DNA of 64,000 nt, taken from the NCBI GenBank assembly GCA_965218555.1, contig OZ244625.1, positions 3,397,303 to 3,461,302 of the forward strand. The letters run 5' to 3'. Below the pieces are notes generated by a model. It was not told the origin of the DNA and did no database searches. It worked only from the letters and a program-made list of their open reading frames with translations. The DNA is from Bryobacterales bacterium. Its GTDB lineage: Bacteria; Acidobacteriota; Terriglobia; Bryobacterales; UBA6623. Positions 9,077 through 19,670 of the stretch are shown piece by piece; within the stretch, counting starts at the first letter, position 1; the number at the start of each line of letters is the position of its first letter. Both the position numbers and the translations under genes were made by a program.

Positions 9077-11782
9077 ACCAACGCGTTTCACGGCACACTG
9101 TTCGAGTTTCTGTGCAACGAAGCTCTCGACGCCGAGGCGTACTTCCTGAACTTCGAGCTGGCGTCGGGCGAAGCGCGCCGTCCCAAGCAGCAACTCCGGC
9201 GCAATCAGTACGGCATGGTTGTGAGCGGCCCGATCGTCAAGAACAAGACGTTCTGGGCGTTCAACTGGGAAGGCCGCCGCGAGCGGACCTCCAGCACCCA
9301 GACCGCCTGGTATCCGGACAACACGTTCAAGAGCGGAGACTACTCGCGTTTTGCGGTGCCGTCGCCCCGTGCCGGGGCGGTATGCGGGATCCCATCATCC
9401 TCTACGACACCTATACGGGTGAGCTGTTTGCGGGGCAATCAGATTCCGGCTTCGCGGCTCCATCAGGGTGCGCAAACCGCGATGAACGAGCTTCTTCCGT
9501 CGCCGTGCTTCCAGCAGGAGGATCCACTCGATTTCACCTGCCGCGAAAACGTCGTGCAGCCGATCGACGAGGACCAGTTCTACGGCCGGGTGGACCACCA
9601 CTTCAGCGACTCGGACCGCATCTTCGGCCGGATCGCCGTTTCTTCGGGTGAGCGCTTTTTGAACAACATCAACCCCAAGAGGGTACGAATCGACTCCAAC
9701 GACGTGTACAACCTGGCGACGCAGTGGATTCACACCTTCAGTCAGAACGCGATCAATGAGTTCCGGTTCGGGTTCAACCTCGCCGAAACCAATCCGTTCC
9801 ACTACTTCACGAATACGGACTTCAATCCCGATTCCCTCGGTATCGGCCAGATCCGGGTGGCAGGAGACAACAATCGGGCGCTTACCCCCCTCGAGACGGG
9901 GCCGCCGGCGGTGAACGGCGCTCGGTTCTCATGGTCGGTCAACGGCAACACCAACGTTTTGGACACCTACCAGTTCGGTGATCACTTGTCGATCATCAGA
10001 GGCAGTCACAACCTGAAGTTCGGCGGTGAATTCTACTACAAAACCATGGACCGCGCCGCGGCCAACCTGCCGACGGGCCGTTACACATTCAACGCGGCTC
10101 AGAGCGGTGACGGGTTTGCTTCGTATTTGCTGGGTCTGCCGTCCCGGACGGAGACGGCCGAAGGCTGGCCGCGTACGGTGCTGCGGGCCGGCCGCCAGGC
10201 TTACTATGTCAACGACGACTGGAAAGCCACGTCAAAGTTGACCTTGAACCTGGGCGTGCGGCTCGAGTACATTGGCAACTCCCAGGATGCCCTCGGCCTG
10301 CAGCGGGTCGTCGCCTTCCCGGGAGAGCCGTACAATCGCGGATCGTACTTCACGGATCCGGAAACCGGACAGCAGATCCCGACCTTCTTGCCGGAGCCGG
10401 TCAACGTTCCAGAAGGCAAGGTGAACCTGTGGAAGCAGCAGGGAGTGTTCTTCCAGCCGCGATTGGGGATCGCCTTCCGTCCAGCGGAAGGTTGGGTGGT
10501 CCGCACGGGCGCAGGATACTTCAGCAACATCGACCACATGAACACGTGGACGATTCTGAACCTGAACCCGCCGCTGTCGGGCTCGAACAACTTCGAGGCA
10601 GTTACCGACGCTGCCGGCTCCATTACGGTCGCTGGTGTCAGTGGGCCGGTCAACCGCACATTGCGCATGTTCCGTCCCGGCAACCCGATCCTCACGTTGA
10701 ACGATCCCTACTTGCAGCAGACGGGCGGCACAGCGTCGCCGCGCAACATCAACACCTTGACGGTGCCTTCCGACCAGAAGACGGGTGATGTGGTGAAGTG
10801 GAGCTTCGACGTACAGAGGGAGTTGCCCTTCGAGACGTCCCTGACGGTCGGCTATGTCGGCAGCAAGGGCTCGCACGCGGGGAACAGCGTCCGGAACTAC
10901 AACAGTCCTTTGCCGTCCCCGGATACGAACGTTCAGGCGAACCGTCCCTGGCGGCGGGTGTATGACCCGGCGACGCCGGAACTGGGCGTGCAGAGCCTGG
11001 CTGTAATCCGCTACTTGGACAGCTTCGCGAACACGTTCCATCACGGCTTGCAGATGAAACTGGACAAGCGCTTCTCCAGCGGACTGGCGTTCGGTGTGGC
11101 TTACATCTTCAGCAAGTCGCACGGCGACGGGGAGAACGGCGGCCAGCAGGGCGCCCAGTTCCAGAATCCCCGCAACTGCCTGACCTGCGACCGCGGCCGC
11201 TTCCGGTTCGACCAGCGGCACAACTTGGTCAGCCACTTCGTGTGGGAAATGCCGGGACAGAACCTCTCCGGACCGTTGCGGCACATCATCGGGGGCTGGC
11301 AGTCGAACGGCATCGTCTCGCTGCGTTCGGGCTTCCCGATGACGATCGTGAACCCTCGTGGCGACCTCAACGTTTCCGACTCGAATATCCGGCCGGACCG
11401 GATTGCCGACGGAGCGCTCAGCAATGCCACCCGGAAGCTGTGGTACGACCCGAAGGCGTTCTTGAGAGTGACCTGCGATGTTCCGGAGCTGGTGGCCGAC
11501 CGCTGCCACTTCGGCGACGCCGGTTACAACATTCTCGACACGCCGGGACAGGTGAACATGGACTTCGGGCTCTTCAAGAACTTCGCGATCACGGAGACGA
11601 TGAAGGTGCAGTTCCGCTGGGAACTGTTCAACGCCGCGAACACGCCGTACTTCGGCACGCCGGGGGGTATCGGGTTCTCCAACTCGAACCAGCTCGTGCC
11701 GGACGGCTCGCGCAACGGTGAAATCCGGAGCACCCGGACGCCCATGCGGATTCAGCAATTCGCGCTAAAGTTCTTCTTCTAA
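9077..11782 (+). pseudogene. TonB-dependent receptor (Oar-like), 5'-truncated
   Basis: Begins abruptly at TNAFHGTLFEFL after an in-frame TAG (9065). No signal peptide, CarboxypepD_reg or plug domain. Barrel motifs DDWKATSKLTLNLGVR, PRLGIAF, C-terminal RIQQFALKFFF. Confidence 0.85.
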
Positions 11783-11806
11783 GAGTTCACGAACCTTTAA
11801 CCAGCA

Positions 11807-11839
11807 GGCCGGCCTTCGGGTCGGCCCGTTTTGTTTTTG
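11807..11839 (+). terminator. Rho-independent terminator
   Basis: GGCCGGCC-TTCG-GGTCGGCC hairpin followed by CGTTTTGTTTTTG, just after the receptor stop. Confidence 0.85.
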
Positions 11840-12331
11840 TGACGCATTGTTCGAGGCGCTTACTTGTTTGAGTACGGCCCCTTTAAGAGCCGCGGGAACG
11901 GCATGCCGCAGCGCTACTTTTTCTACCGAGCTATTTGGCGGGGTGGGGTGACACGAAAGCCGCAATGTTGCTCCAGGCGATGCTCCGGGCGCATCCGAGA
12001 GCACTCGTTTCAGCCATCAAGGGGTCGTGCTGAAACCTCCACTGCTGAAAACGCCCCGACTCATGGAAGTTGCCTCCAGTACTTCCGAGGATGCTGCGTA
12101 GTCCCATGCCGCCTTGGCCGAGAGACACTTGCCGCGCCAGCGGGAAAAGGTGTCGTCTTCGAAAATGCTACCGTGGCATACTGGTTCCTCCTCACGAACC
12201 TCGCGCATTCCCGAGAGCGTCATCATGGACCACCGACTGTCTGCGTTCTCCCCATACAGCGGCGAGCCACCAACAGGACGATCTGAGCCGCTTGAAAAGG
12301 CCCGTTGAAGCAGCTTCGCTAAGATGGGTGC

Positions 12332-13375
12332 TTGCCCGAGGCGCCGCCATCACTTGAGACGAAGTCCCTCCGGTCGTTCTGGATAACCCTGATCCTGCTC
12401 AATGTAGGGCTGGCCATTGGAGGCTCGGTCGGCGCAGATCGCCTGGACGTGTCCGCCGACTTGGCGGTTCCGATCGTGGCGGCATTTCTTCTTCAGATCT
12501 CGGTGTACCTGGTCGCGGTCTTCCCCGAGGCGCGAGCCCGTTTGGAAGCCCGGTTGTCAGCGGATAAGCTGGCTGGCTGTCTTGTCGCCGCGTCGGTCGT
12601 CCCCTATCTGGTCTATTCCCTCCCAACCGGCGTTTTTTCGGTGGGGTCGCTGCTGAGGCTGCTCGCTTACTGCGGTGCGGCTGCCTACATATTCGTCTGG
12701 TTTCCACCGGCGGCGCGGCGCTTGCAATGGCAGGACGTTGTCGTACTCCTGCTGCTCGCGTATCCGATGTTCGGCGGGACAAGCTACATGTTCAAGCAAA
12801 TCTACCGTTCGCCAGGAGGGAACGTCCCGGCGAACATGTACGCTCTCGGCAAGGTGATGCTGATTCCCTTCGGGGCGATGATCTATCTCTCCCTGCGCCG
12901 CCTTGAGGGCACGAACTTCCGGCTCACGATATCGGCGAGAGATTTCGTGGCGGGACTAAAGAACTACCTGCTGTTTCTCCCGATCGGCATTCCGCTGACT
13001 CTTGGTATTGGATTTGCCAAATGGACACCCTTCGTGTTCGATTCCTGGACTGACCCACTTGCCGTACTCGCCCGCATTGTGGGGTTGTATGCGGCGGTCG
13101 CTCTGGCCGAGGAGTTGTATTTTCGGGGAATCCTTCAGAATCTACTCTCGTCAACTTGGGGCCGGCCTCGATGGGCGCAGTTCACGGCGAGCGTTCTTTT
13201 CGGGCTGGCCCACATCGCCTCTCGCGGGTTTCCCAACTGGCGCTATGCCCTCGCGGCAGCTTTCGCCGGATGGTTCTACGGCAGGGCGTACAACGCCGAT
13301 CGAAGCGTCGTCGCGGCCGCGGTAGCACACACTCTGGTCATGGGCACGCACGCCTTCATCTTTCCGCCGGGCTGA
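12332..13375 (+). CDS. CPBP (CAAX/Abi) family intramembrane metalloprotease
   Basis: Multi-TM protein with EELYFRG, FGLAH and AHTL motifs. Confidence 0.9.
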   Translation: MPEAPPSLETKSLRSFWITLILLNVGLAIGGSVGADRLDVSADLAVPIVAAFLLQISVYLVAVFPEARARLEARLSADKLAGCLVAASVVPYLVYSLPTGVFSVGSLLRLLAYCGAAAYIFVWFPPAARRLQWQDVVVLLLLAYPMFGGTSYMFKQIYRSPGGNVPANMYALGKVMLIPFGAMIYLSLRRLEGTNFRLTISARDFVAGLKNYLLFLPIGIPLTLGIGFAKWTPFVFDSWTDPLAVLARIVGLYAAVALAEELYFRGILQNLLSSTWGRPRWAQFTASVLFGLAHIASRGFPNWRYALAAAFAGWFYGRAYNADRSVVAAAVAHTLVMGTHAFIFPPG

Positions 13376-13661
13376 ACTGGGCTCGTCGCGAGACCGTTTA
13401 CCCGAACGGATTCAATCACGGGCTGTTTCAAGATCGGCTGCATCTCCATTGAACGGGGATCTTTCCAAGTAGACGGCCACGAGTGACGCCCGTCTACAGT
13501 GGCCAGGCCGCCGGTGCGCATCGTCAGGCGGGACTACAGGGACTGACGGCCCCTGAGACCGGTGCTCCCTCCAATCTACTCGCTACCACCTAGCCTTACG
13601 CCATAATGTGACTTATGGACCTTTTTCACCCTGACTTTCACCCTGACGAGGAGAGTGACCC

Positions 13662-14990
13662 ATGCCTGAACTGAAACCCTCTCGCCGCCGCTTTCTAGGC
13701 ACGGCCGCGGCAGGCCTTGCCATCCCTCGGCCTGCTACGGCGGCTTCGGCCAACCGAGTGATTGGCGCGAACGACCGCATCAACATCGGGTTCATCGGCG
13801 TGGGGGGGCGCGGACGCGGGCATGTCCGCCGGATTTATGCGCGCAGCCAGGAGCAGGCCGACATCCAGATCGTCGCCGTCTGTGACATCTACTCGAAGCG
13901 GAAAGAACGCGCTCGCGCGATGGCGAAGCTGGCTCCCAAGGATGTGCACCACGAATACCGCGACATGCTGAGCCGCGAGGATGTCGACGCCGTCTACATC
14001 TCCTCGCCCGACCATTGGCACGCGCCGATGACCTTCGAAGCGCTCGATTCCGGCAAGGACGTCTACCTCGAAAAACCGATGACCTACACGCTCCACGAAG
14101 CGCAGGAGGTCGCCAAGCGCGTCCGCTTGCATAAGCGAGTCTTGCAGGTTGGAAGCCAGCATCTTTCGGAGCAGCGGTATCACCGCGCCCGCGAGGTCAT
14201 CGAGAAGGGCTGGATCGGTCAGCCGTTGTGGACGCAAAACACCTACTCGCGCAATTCCTTGTACGGCGAGTGGAACTATCGCATCGACGACGAAGGAACA
14301 CCGGAGAACATCGACTGGAAACTCTTCGTGGGGCCGGCTCCCGCCCGCGAGTTCAACGCTGACCGGTATTTTCGTTGGCGCAAGTATTGGGACTATTCGG
14401 GCGGAATCGCAACCGATCTCTTCTACCACCGATTGGCGCCACTCGAATTCGCGATCGGAATGGGCTTCCCGACTCGCGTGAGCGCAAACGGCGGCATCTA
14501 CGTTCACAAAGACCGCGAAGTGCCCGACACCTATTCGACCAACATCGAATACGAAGACCACTACGCACTACTGTCAGCTTCGATGGCCTCGGCGGCGGCC
14601 AACCAGTGGATGCCGCCCGTCATCTACGGTCACGAAGGGACGATTCAGTTCGTACCGGGCGGCATTGCGGTGTTTCCGGAGCATCAGTTCCGCAAGAAGT
14701 TCGAGGCCGCGGCGGGCGCGCCCGAGGTGCTCATCCCTGTCGAGCGGCGGGATATGGACGACGATCACACCAGCAATTTCCTCGACTGTGTTCGCTCCCG
14801 TAAAGACCCGGTGTTTGATGCCGACATGGGCTACAAGGTGATGACGGCGATCGATCTGGGCGTCAAGTCGTATCGGCAGAACAAAGTCATGGCGTTCGAT
14901 GCCCGGCGCGAGTTGGTTCTTGACGAAGCCCACGACCGGCCAAGCTACGAGGGCAGCGGGAAGAACTACAAAGAGCCGCCCCGGCGCTAG
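13662..14990 (+). CDS. Gfo/Idh/MocA oxidoreductase, Tat-exported
   Basis: SRRRFL, GANDRINIGFIGVGGRG, PDHWH, YLEKP motifs. Confidence 0.93.
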   Translation: MPELKPSRRRFLGTAAAGLAIPRPATAASANRVIGANDRINIGFIGVGGRGRGHVRRIYARSQEQADIQIVAVCDIYSKRKERARAMAKLAPKDVHHEYRDMLSREDVDAVYISSPDHWHAPMTFEALDSGKDVYLEKPMTYTLHEAQEVAKRVRLHKRVLQVGSQHLSEQRYHRAREVIEKGWIGQPLWTQNTYSRNSLYGEWNYRIDDEGTPENIDWKLFVGPAPAREFNADRYFRWRKYWDYSGGIATDLFYHRLAPLEFAIGMGFPTRVSANGGIYVHKDREVPDTYSTNIEYEDHYALLSASMASAAANQWMPPVIYGHEGTIQFVPGGIAVFPEHQFRKKFEAAAGAPEVLIPVERRDMDDDHTSNFLDCVRSRKDPVFDADMGYKVMTAIDLGVKSYRQNKVMAFDARRELVLDEAHDRPSYEGSGKNYKEPPRR

Positions 14991-14999
14991 CCTGCCGTC

Positions 15000-15056
15000 G
15001 ATTGAGTCAAACAAAGAGGACCTCTTGCGAGACCCCTGTTTCTGTTTGACTCGGTC
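15000..15056. repeat. Inverted repeat / long hairpin downstream of the oxidoreductase
   Basis: GATTGAGTCAAACA ... TGTTTGACTCGGTC arms. Confidence 0.65.
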
Positions 15057-15365
15057 GGGATCGACAATGTGCTCGTTGCGCGAACACGTATCGGCGTTCC
15101 GGCTTCCAAGCCACTGAACACCACCACTGGCCCTGCTGCCACGGAAAAGAAAAGCGTGAACCATCTATGCTGTTTCATCGCAATCTTCTCCTGGATCTGT
15201 ATTGCGCAACCGTGGGACCAACGGCGCGACAGCACGACAGGAGCGGTCTCGAATGTCTGGTTTACAGTGGCTTGAGCATCCGGGACGCTCGCACCAACAA
15301 ACGATCTTCAGGTAGATCCTACTTGGTTGTGTAAGAACTTCCCCCCTGTGACCGCCGTCTACCGC

Positions 15366-15839
15366 TTAACGGTCAGCCGCCGAATCGGGCGCGTTGCGGA
15401 AGAAAAGGAAGGCGTAGGCGAGCAGGCCGCAAGTGATAGCGAATGCGCACGCGAAGGTGGCGTTGCCAACAAGGAACGCCGCGCCGTAATGGCGGATTAG
15501 CGACGAAAGCGCCTTGCCTGCGGTGACTTGGTCGTGGCGTCCGAGGATTTCCAGCCCAACGTGTGTGCTGATCGAATAGAAGAACGGGGTCGTAACAGGG
15601 TTTGTAAACAAGGTTCCCACAACGGCCGCTGCCCGATTCAAGCCCAGGCGGCCCGCTAAAAAAAACGCCAACGGCGAACCCACGAAGAAACTGGGGACAA
15701 TGCCCACGAACGCTCCCAGCGCCAAGCCCGCCGATGTCCGGAGGGGGCTCGAGTTCTCGCGCAGCACTTGGCGCAACTGCCCCTGGATCCAGCATTTGAA
15801 ACGGCTGGATCGACTCGCAAAATTGGCAACTGCACGCAT
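15366..15839 (-). CDS. DUF2062 domain membrane protein
   Basis: SP...A.GLALG.FVG..P, LN..AAV.GT...NP.T.P pattern. Confidence 0.8.
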   Translation of the reverse strand: MRAVANFASRSSRFKCWIQGQLRQVLRENSSPLRTSAGLALGAFVGIVPSFFVGSPLAFFLAGRLGLNRAAAVVGTLFTNPVTTPFFYSISTHVGLEILGRHDQVTAGKALSSLIRHYGAAFLVGNATFACAFAITCGLLAYAFLFFRNAPDSAADR

Positions 15840-15994
15840 CTACAGTAGCTATTAAGCAATTGGTGTTCCAATACGGCCTCAACTCCGTAACGAGCACAAC
15901 GCGGATGTGCTGAAACTCACACACGTCCGCCCGACCCTGGCGTTCTGCCCGGGCTCACCCTTCTCTGAATGGACTAATGACAAGAGCGGCGGAT

Positions 15995-17971
15995 CTACGT
16001 GCCCGGTCGGGCCTCCGCTACTTGAGGCGTGGCCGCCGATAGGAAACGCCGGAACTCATCCACATCGCGGGTGCGGCCGGCAAATTCCGCGACGATGGTC
16101 TCATCCGGTCGAAGCAAGGCGTAGTAGGGAATAGCCACACTCCCGAAACGTTCTAGCTGCAACTCCTGATTCGCCTGAGACGCTTCATCGTGTCCGTCGG
16201 TATAGAGCTCCAGGAGGATCATGTTCTTGGTCAGATCCACGATTTCAGGTTCGGGGAACATGTTGTACTTCATCCACTTGCAATTGGAGCACGAATAGCC
16301 GGTGAAGGTGATCAGAACCGGGCTGCCGGTTTGCCGGGCTTTTGCCAGGGCTCCGTCGTAATCGTCTTTGAGCCAGACGTTCTGTTGCGAGTCCGGTCCG
16401 CCAACAACGGATGGGAATCCGGAGTAATCGGTGGGCGGGACGTAGGCCTCCAGCTCGCCCAGCCGGCCGTTGAACATGCCGGGGACGAGGCTGAGAGAGA
16501 GAACCAGAAACACGCCCCCCACGGCGAGACGCCCTAGCCCGACAGGGGCGGGCGTTTCATCTCCTTCATCCGGGAAGCGGTAGAACCCGAGCAAATAGAA
16601 TGCGGCCAGCGCAAGCAAGACGATCCAAATCGAAAGGAACCGCTCTCTGGTAAGGATCTCGAGCTGATATATCATGTCGACGTTGCTCAGGTACTTGAAG
16701 GCCGCCGCCAGGATCAAGAAGGCCATCGTTTTCTTCACACGGCCCAGCCAGGAGCCGCTCTTGGGAAGACTTGACAGATACGAGGGAAACAGCGCCAGGA
16801 AGAAGAACGGCAGAGCCATTCCCGACGAGAACAAGGCCATGCCGAAGACGGGCCACGTCAAGCCGCCCTGAAGCGACCCGGCGAGCAAGGTTCCTACGAA
16901 CGGACCTGTACAGGCGAACGACGCCAGAGCGAAAACGAGGCCCATAATCAGCGTTCCCAGTATGTCTCCCCGAGCAGACATCTTGTTGAGCGAGGTCAGA
17001 GCGCTGCTCGGCACGGTGATTTCAAAAGCGCCGAAAAGGCTGATCGCAAATCCGGCAAACACCAGAGCAATGAAAAGATTCACCCATATGCTCGAACCGA
17101 GTTGCACCGTACCGAAAGGCCCCAGCACGACCGAGACAAGAGCCCCGAGACCCGTGAACAACACAACAACGCCGGCGCAGAACACGATCGCCTGAAAAAC
17201 GGAGTCTCTGCGTGAGCCTGTATCCGTGCTCACGAAATACGACATCGTGATGGGAATCATCGGGAAGACACATGGCGTGAAGATGGCAAGCAAGCCGAAG
17301 CCAAAAGCGACAGCGCCGAATTCCACCAAGCCTTGCGACCCGGCTGTCCTCCGGAGTGTGCCTTCCGAGACGCTCTGCGGGGCGGCAGAGCGGCTGCCGG
17401 ACTGTTGCGGAGCCGGTTTGGCTTCGGAGTAAGCTGCCGCGATGGTAGGCGGATCGCCACTCGCCTGGCGTGCGACCGTCAGTGGGGCAGCGACCTTCCT
17501 GGTCACGGGCCGCAGGCAAACTCGGTCGTCGCACACCGAGTAGAACGCGGAAGCTTCGAGCGCGGCTTCACCAAGTGGGGAACTTTTGCTGAGTTGCACC
17601 TCGATCAGGAAGACGACCTGATTGTGGTAGATCTCGCTATCCATGTCGAAGTTGGGGTCGTACTTTATCTCCGGCTGAGGTTGATAGACCGTCGCCGCAT
17701 CAACAAGAGGGGAGTCCGTCATCTCGAGCTTGGTGGGAGTTGGGCCGCCAGCAGGGGTTGTGGGAGCGTAGAGCCGCCAGCCGGATTCAATCGTCGCTGT
17801 CAGCTTGCCGACGACCTTGCCTCCCGGCACGGCGGTTGCCGGGTCCCAGCTCAGCGTCCAACGAACCGGGTCCGGACGTTCCCGTTTCTTGGCCTTCTGC
17901 TGCGCCGATAAGACGCTGCAAACCACGAGTCCAAGCGTCAACAGGATAAATAAACCTCGCCAGTCTGACAT
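15995..17971 (-). CDS. dsbD: Thiol:disulfide interchange protein DsbD
   Basis: N-domain CDDRVC, TM domain TPCVFPMIP and SFACTGP, C-terminal thioredoxin CSNC. Confidence 0.93.
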   Translation of the reverse strand: MSDWRGLFILLTLGLVVCSVLSAQQKAKKRERPDPVRWTLSWDPATAVPGGKVVGKLTATIESGWRLYAPTTPAGGPTPTKLEMTDSPLVDAATVYQPQPEIKYDPNFDMDSEIYHNQVVFLIEVQLSKSSPLGEAALEASAFYSVCDDRVCLRPVTRKVAAPLTVARQASGDPPTIAAAYSEAKPAPQQSGSRSAAPQSVSEGTLRRTAGSQGLVEFGAVAFGFGLLAIFTPCVFPMIPITMSYFVSTDTGSRRDSVFQAIVFCAGVVVLFTGLGALVSVVLGPFGTVQLGSSIWVNLFIALVFAGFAISLFGAFEITVPSSALTSLNKMSARGDILGTLIMGLVFALASFACTGPFVGTLLAGSLQGGLTWPVFGMALFSSGMALPFFFLALFPSYLSSLPKSGSWLGRVKKTMAFLILAAAFKYLSNVDMIYQLEILTRERFLSIWIVLLALAAFYLLGFYRFPDEGDETPAPVGLGRLAVGGVFLVLSLSLVPGMFNGRLGELEAYVPPTDYSGFPSVVGGPDSQQNVWLKDDYDGALAKARQTGSPVLITFTGYSCSNCKWMKYNMFPEPEIVDLTKNMILLELYTDGHDEASQANQELQLERFGSVAIPYYALLRPDETIVAEFAGRTRDVDEFRRFLSAATPQVAEARPGT

Positions 17972-18077
17972 CGCGGTTCTCCCAGGGGTGACAGGTGAGT
18001 GGATCACCCCCTAATTATCGCTTCGTAGAGTGGTCGCGCGAAGCCCGTTGCAATATACAGGGCCCGGTGACGGGAAG

Positions 18078-19472
18078 CTACTGTCTACCTTCGAGTTTGT
18101 TGAGCCCATTCAGAGCTGCGATTTTGTAGGCCTCGGCCAAGGTCGGATAATTGAAAACAGCGTCCCGCAGATATTCGACGCTGCCGTCGTGGTCGATGAT
18201 GGCCTGTCCGATGTGGACCAGTTCCGTCGCGTGCTCTCCCAGAATGTGCACGGCTAGCAGCTTCAAATCCTGAGGACTGAAAAGCAGTTTGAGCACACCG
18301 GTTCTGCCCCCGCTGATGTGGGTTCGGGACAGTTCGCGGAAGCGAGCGATACCCGTTTCGTAGGGGACTGACTTTTTCGTCAGCTCTTCTTCGGTCGGAC
18401 CGATCATCGCAATCTCGGGAATCGTGTAAATGCCGAACGGCAGGCGTGTAAACGTTTTTTGGGTTTCCCGACCGAAGGCATGCAGAGCCGCCAAGCGGCC
18501 CTGCTCCATGCTAGTGGAAGCGAGGCTCGGGAAACCGATGATGTCCCCGACCGCGTAGGCGTGATCGAGTTGAGTGCGGTAGTGCTCGTCGACTTGGATA
18601 CGTCCGCGGTCATCGATCTCGATGCCGACCCTATCCAAGTGCAGGGCGTCTGACGCTCCGACACGTCCCGCGGCGAACATCAGCGATTCTGAGTACAGTT
18701 TCTTTCCGCTCTCCGTCCGGACTTCCACCTTGCCGTTCTCCGTGAGCCGAACGGAGGAGACCAACTCCCCGAAACGCAACGTGATCCCCTGGTCGCGCAT
18801 GTGGTAGTACAAGGCATCTTCGATCTCGTCGTCAACGAAGTCGAGGGGCCTCAGCCGACCGTCCATCAACGTGACACTGACCCCAAGAGTGCGGAAGATC
18901 GTCGCGTACTCAATGCCGATTATCCCGGCGCCGACAAAGGTCATCGTTCGGGGGATCTCGCCGAGGCACAGCAGGCCATCGCTATCGATGATCCTGCGGT
19001 CGTCAAACTCGATATCAGGCGGCCGAGCCGGCTTCGTTCCGACCGCGATGATGATTTTCTCCGCGGTGAGCCAGCGGAGGGTGCCGTCGTCGCTTTTTAC
19101 TTCGATGGTGTGCGGGTCGACAAACGCCGCCGTTCCATCGACGATGTCGATGTAGTTGCGAATGAGTTGATCGCGGACTACGTTGACTTCCGTTTCGGTC
19201 ACGCGCTGAGTGCGGAACAGCAGGTCCTGAATCGTGACCTTGTCCTTGACACGATAAGCCGATCCATAGACCTCCCGCTGCATTAATCCCGACAGGTAGG
19301 AAGCGGCCTCGCGAAGCGTCTTGCTGGGGATTGTGCCTTTGTGCAGGCAGATTCCACCCACGCTGCTAGTGCGCTCGATGACGGCCACGGTCTTTTCGAG
19401 CTTCGAGGCCGAGATGGCGGCTTTGCGCCCAGCCGGGCCGCTGCCAATGACAACCAAGTCGTACTCGGCCAT
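18078..19472 (-). CDS. sthA: Soluble (Si-specific) NAD(P)+ transhydrogenase
   Basis: GGICLHKGTIPSKTLRE (lacks the second Cys), PSLASTSMEQGR, VFNYPTLAEAYK. Confidence 0.93.
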   Translation of the reverse strand: MAEYDLVVIGSGPAGRKAAISASKLEKTVAVIERTSSVGGICLHKGTIPSKTLREAASYLSGLMQREVYGSAYRVKDKVTIQDLLFRTQRVTETEVNVVRDQLIRNYIDIVDGTAAFVDPHTIEVKSDDGTLRWLTAEKIIIAVGTKPARPPDIEFDDRRIIDSDGLLCLGEIPRTMTFVGAGIIGIEYATIFRTLGVSVTLMDGRLRPLDFVDDEIEDALYYHMRDQGITLRFGELVSSVRLTENGKVEVRTESGKKLYSESLMFAAGRVGASDALHLDRVGIEIDDRGRIQVDEHYRTQLDHAYAVGDIIGFPSLASTSMEQGRLAALHAFGRETQKTFTRLPFGIYTIPEIAMIGPTEEELTKKSVPYETGIARFRELSRTHISGGRTGVLKLLFSPQDLKLLAVHILGEHATELVHIGQAIIDHDGSVEYLRDAVFNYPTLAEAYKIAALNGLNKLEGRQ

Positions 19473-19670
19473 GCAGATTCCTCCTGTCGGAGCCGCGGTG
19501 CAAAACCGGCGTGATCAGATCAGTCGAAAGTGCAGTTGCTCCCGCCGGCCGGCCGAGCCATCTTTCGTTCCGGGTTCTTTCCGAGCCTTATTGTCGGTGT
19601 CCAGAGATAGCTCTTCGCCCTCTTCCACCGACACGAACACTCGCAAGCTTTCGGGCCCGGGAATCGACGT

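Noticed and set aside
12332-13375. Abortive-infection defence gene (Abi domain name)
   Set aside because: It is a CPBP intramembrane protease in a non-defence context, and the domain name does not imply phage defence.
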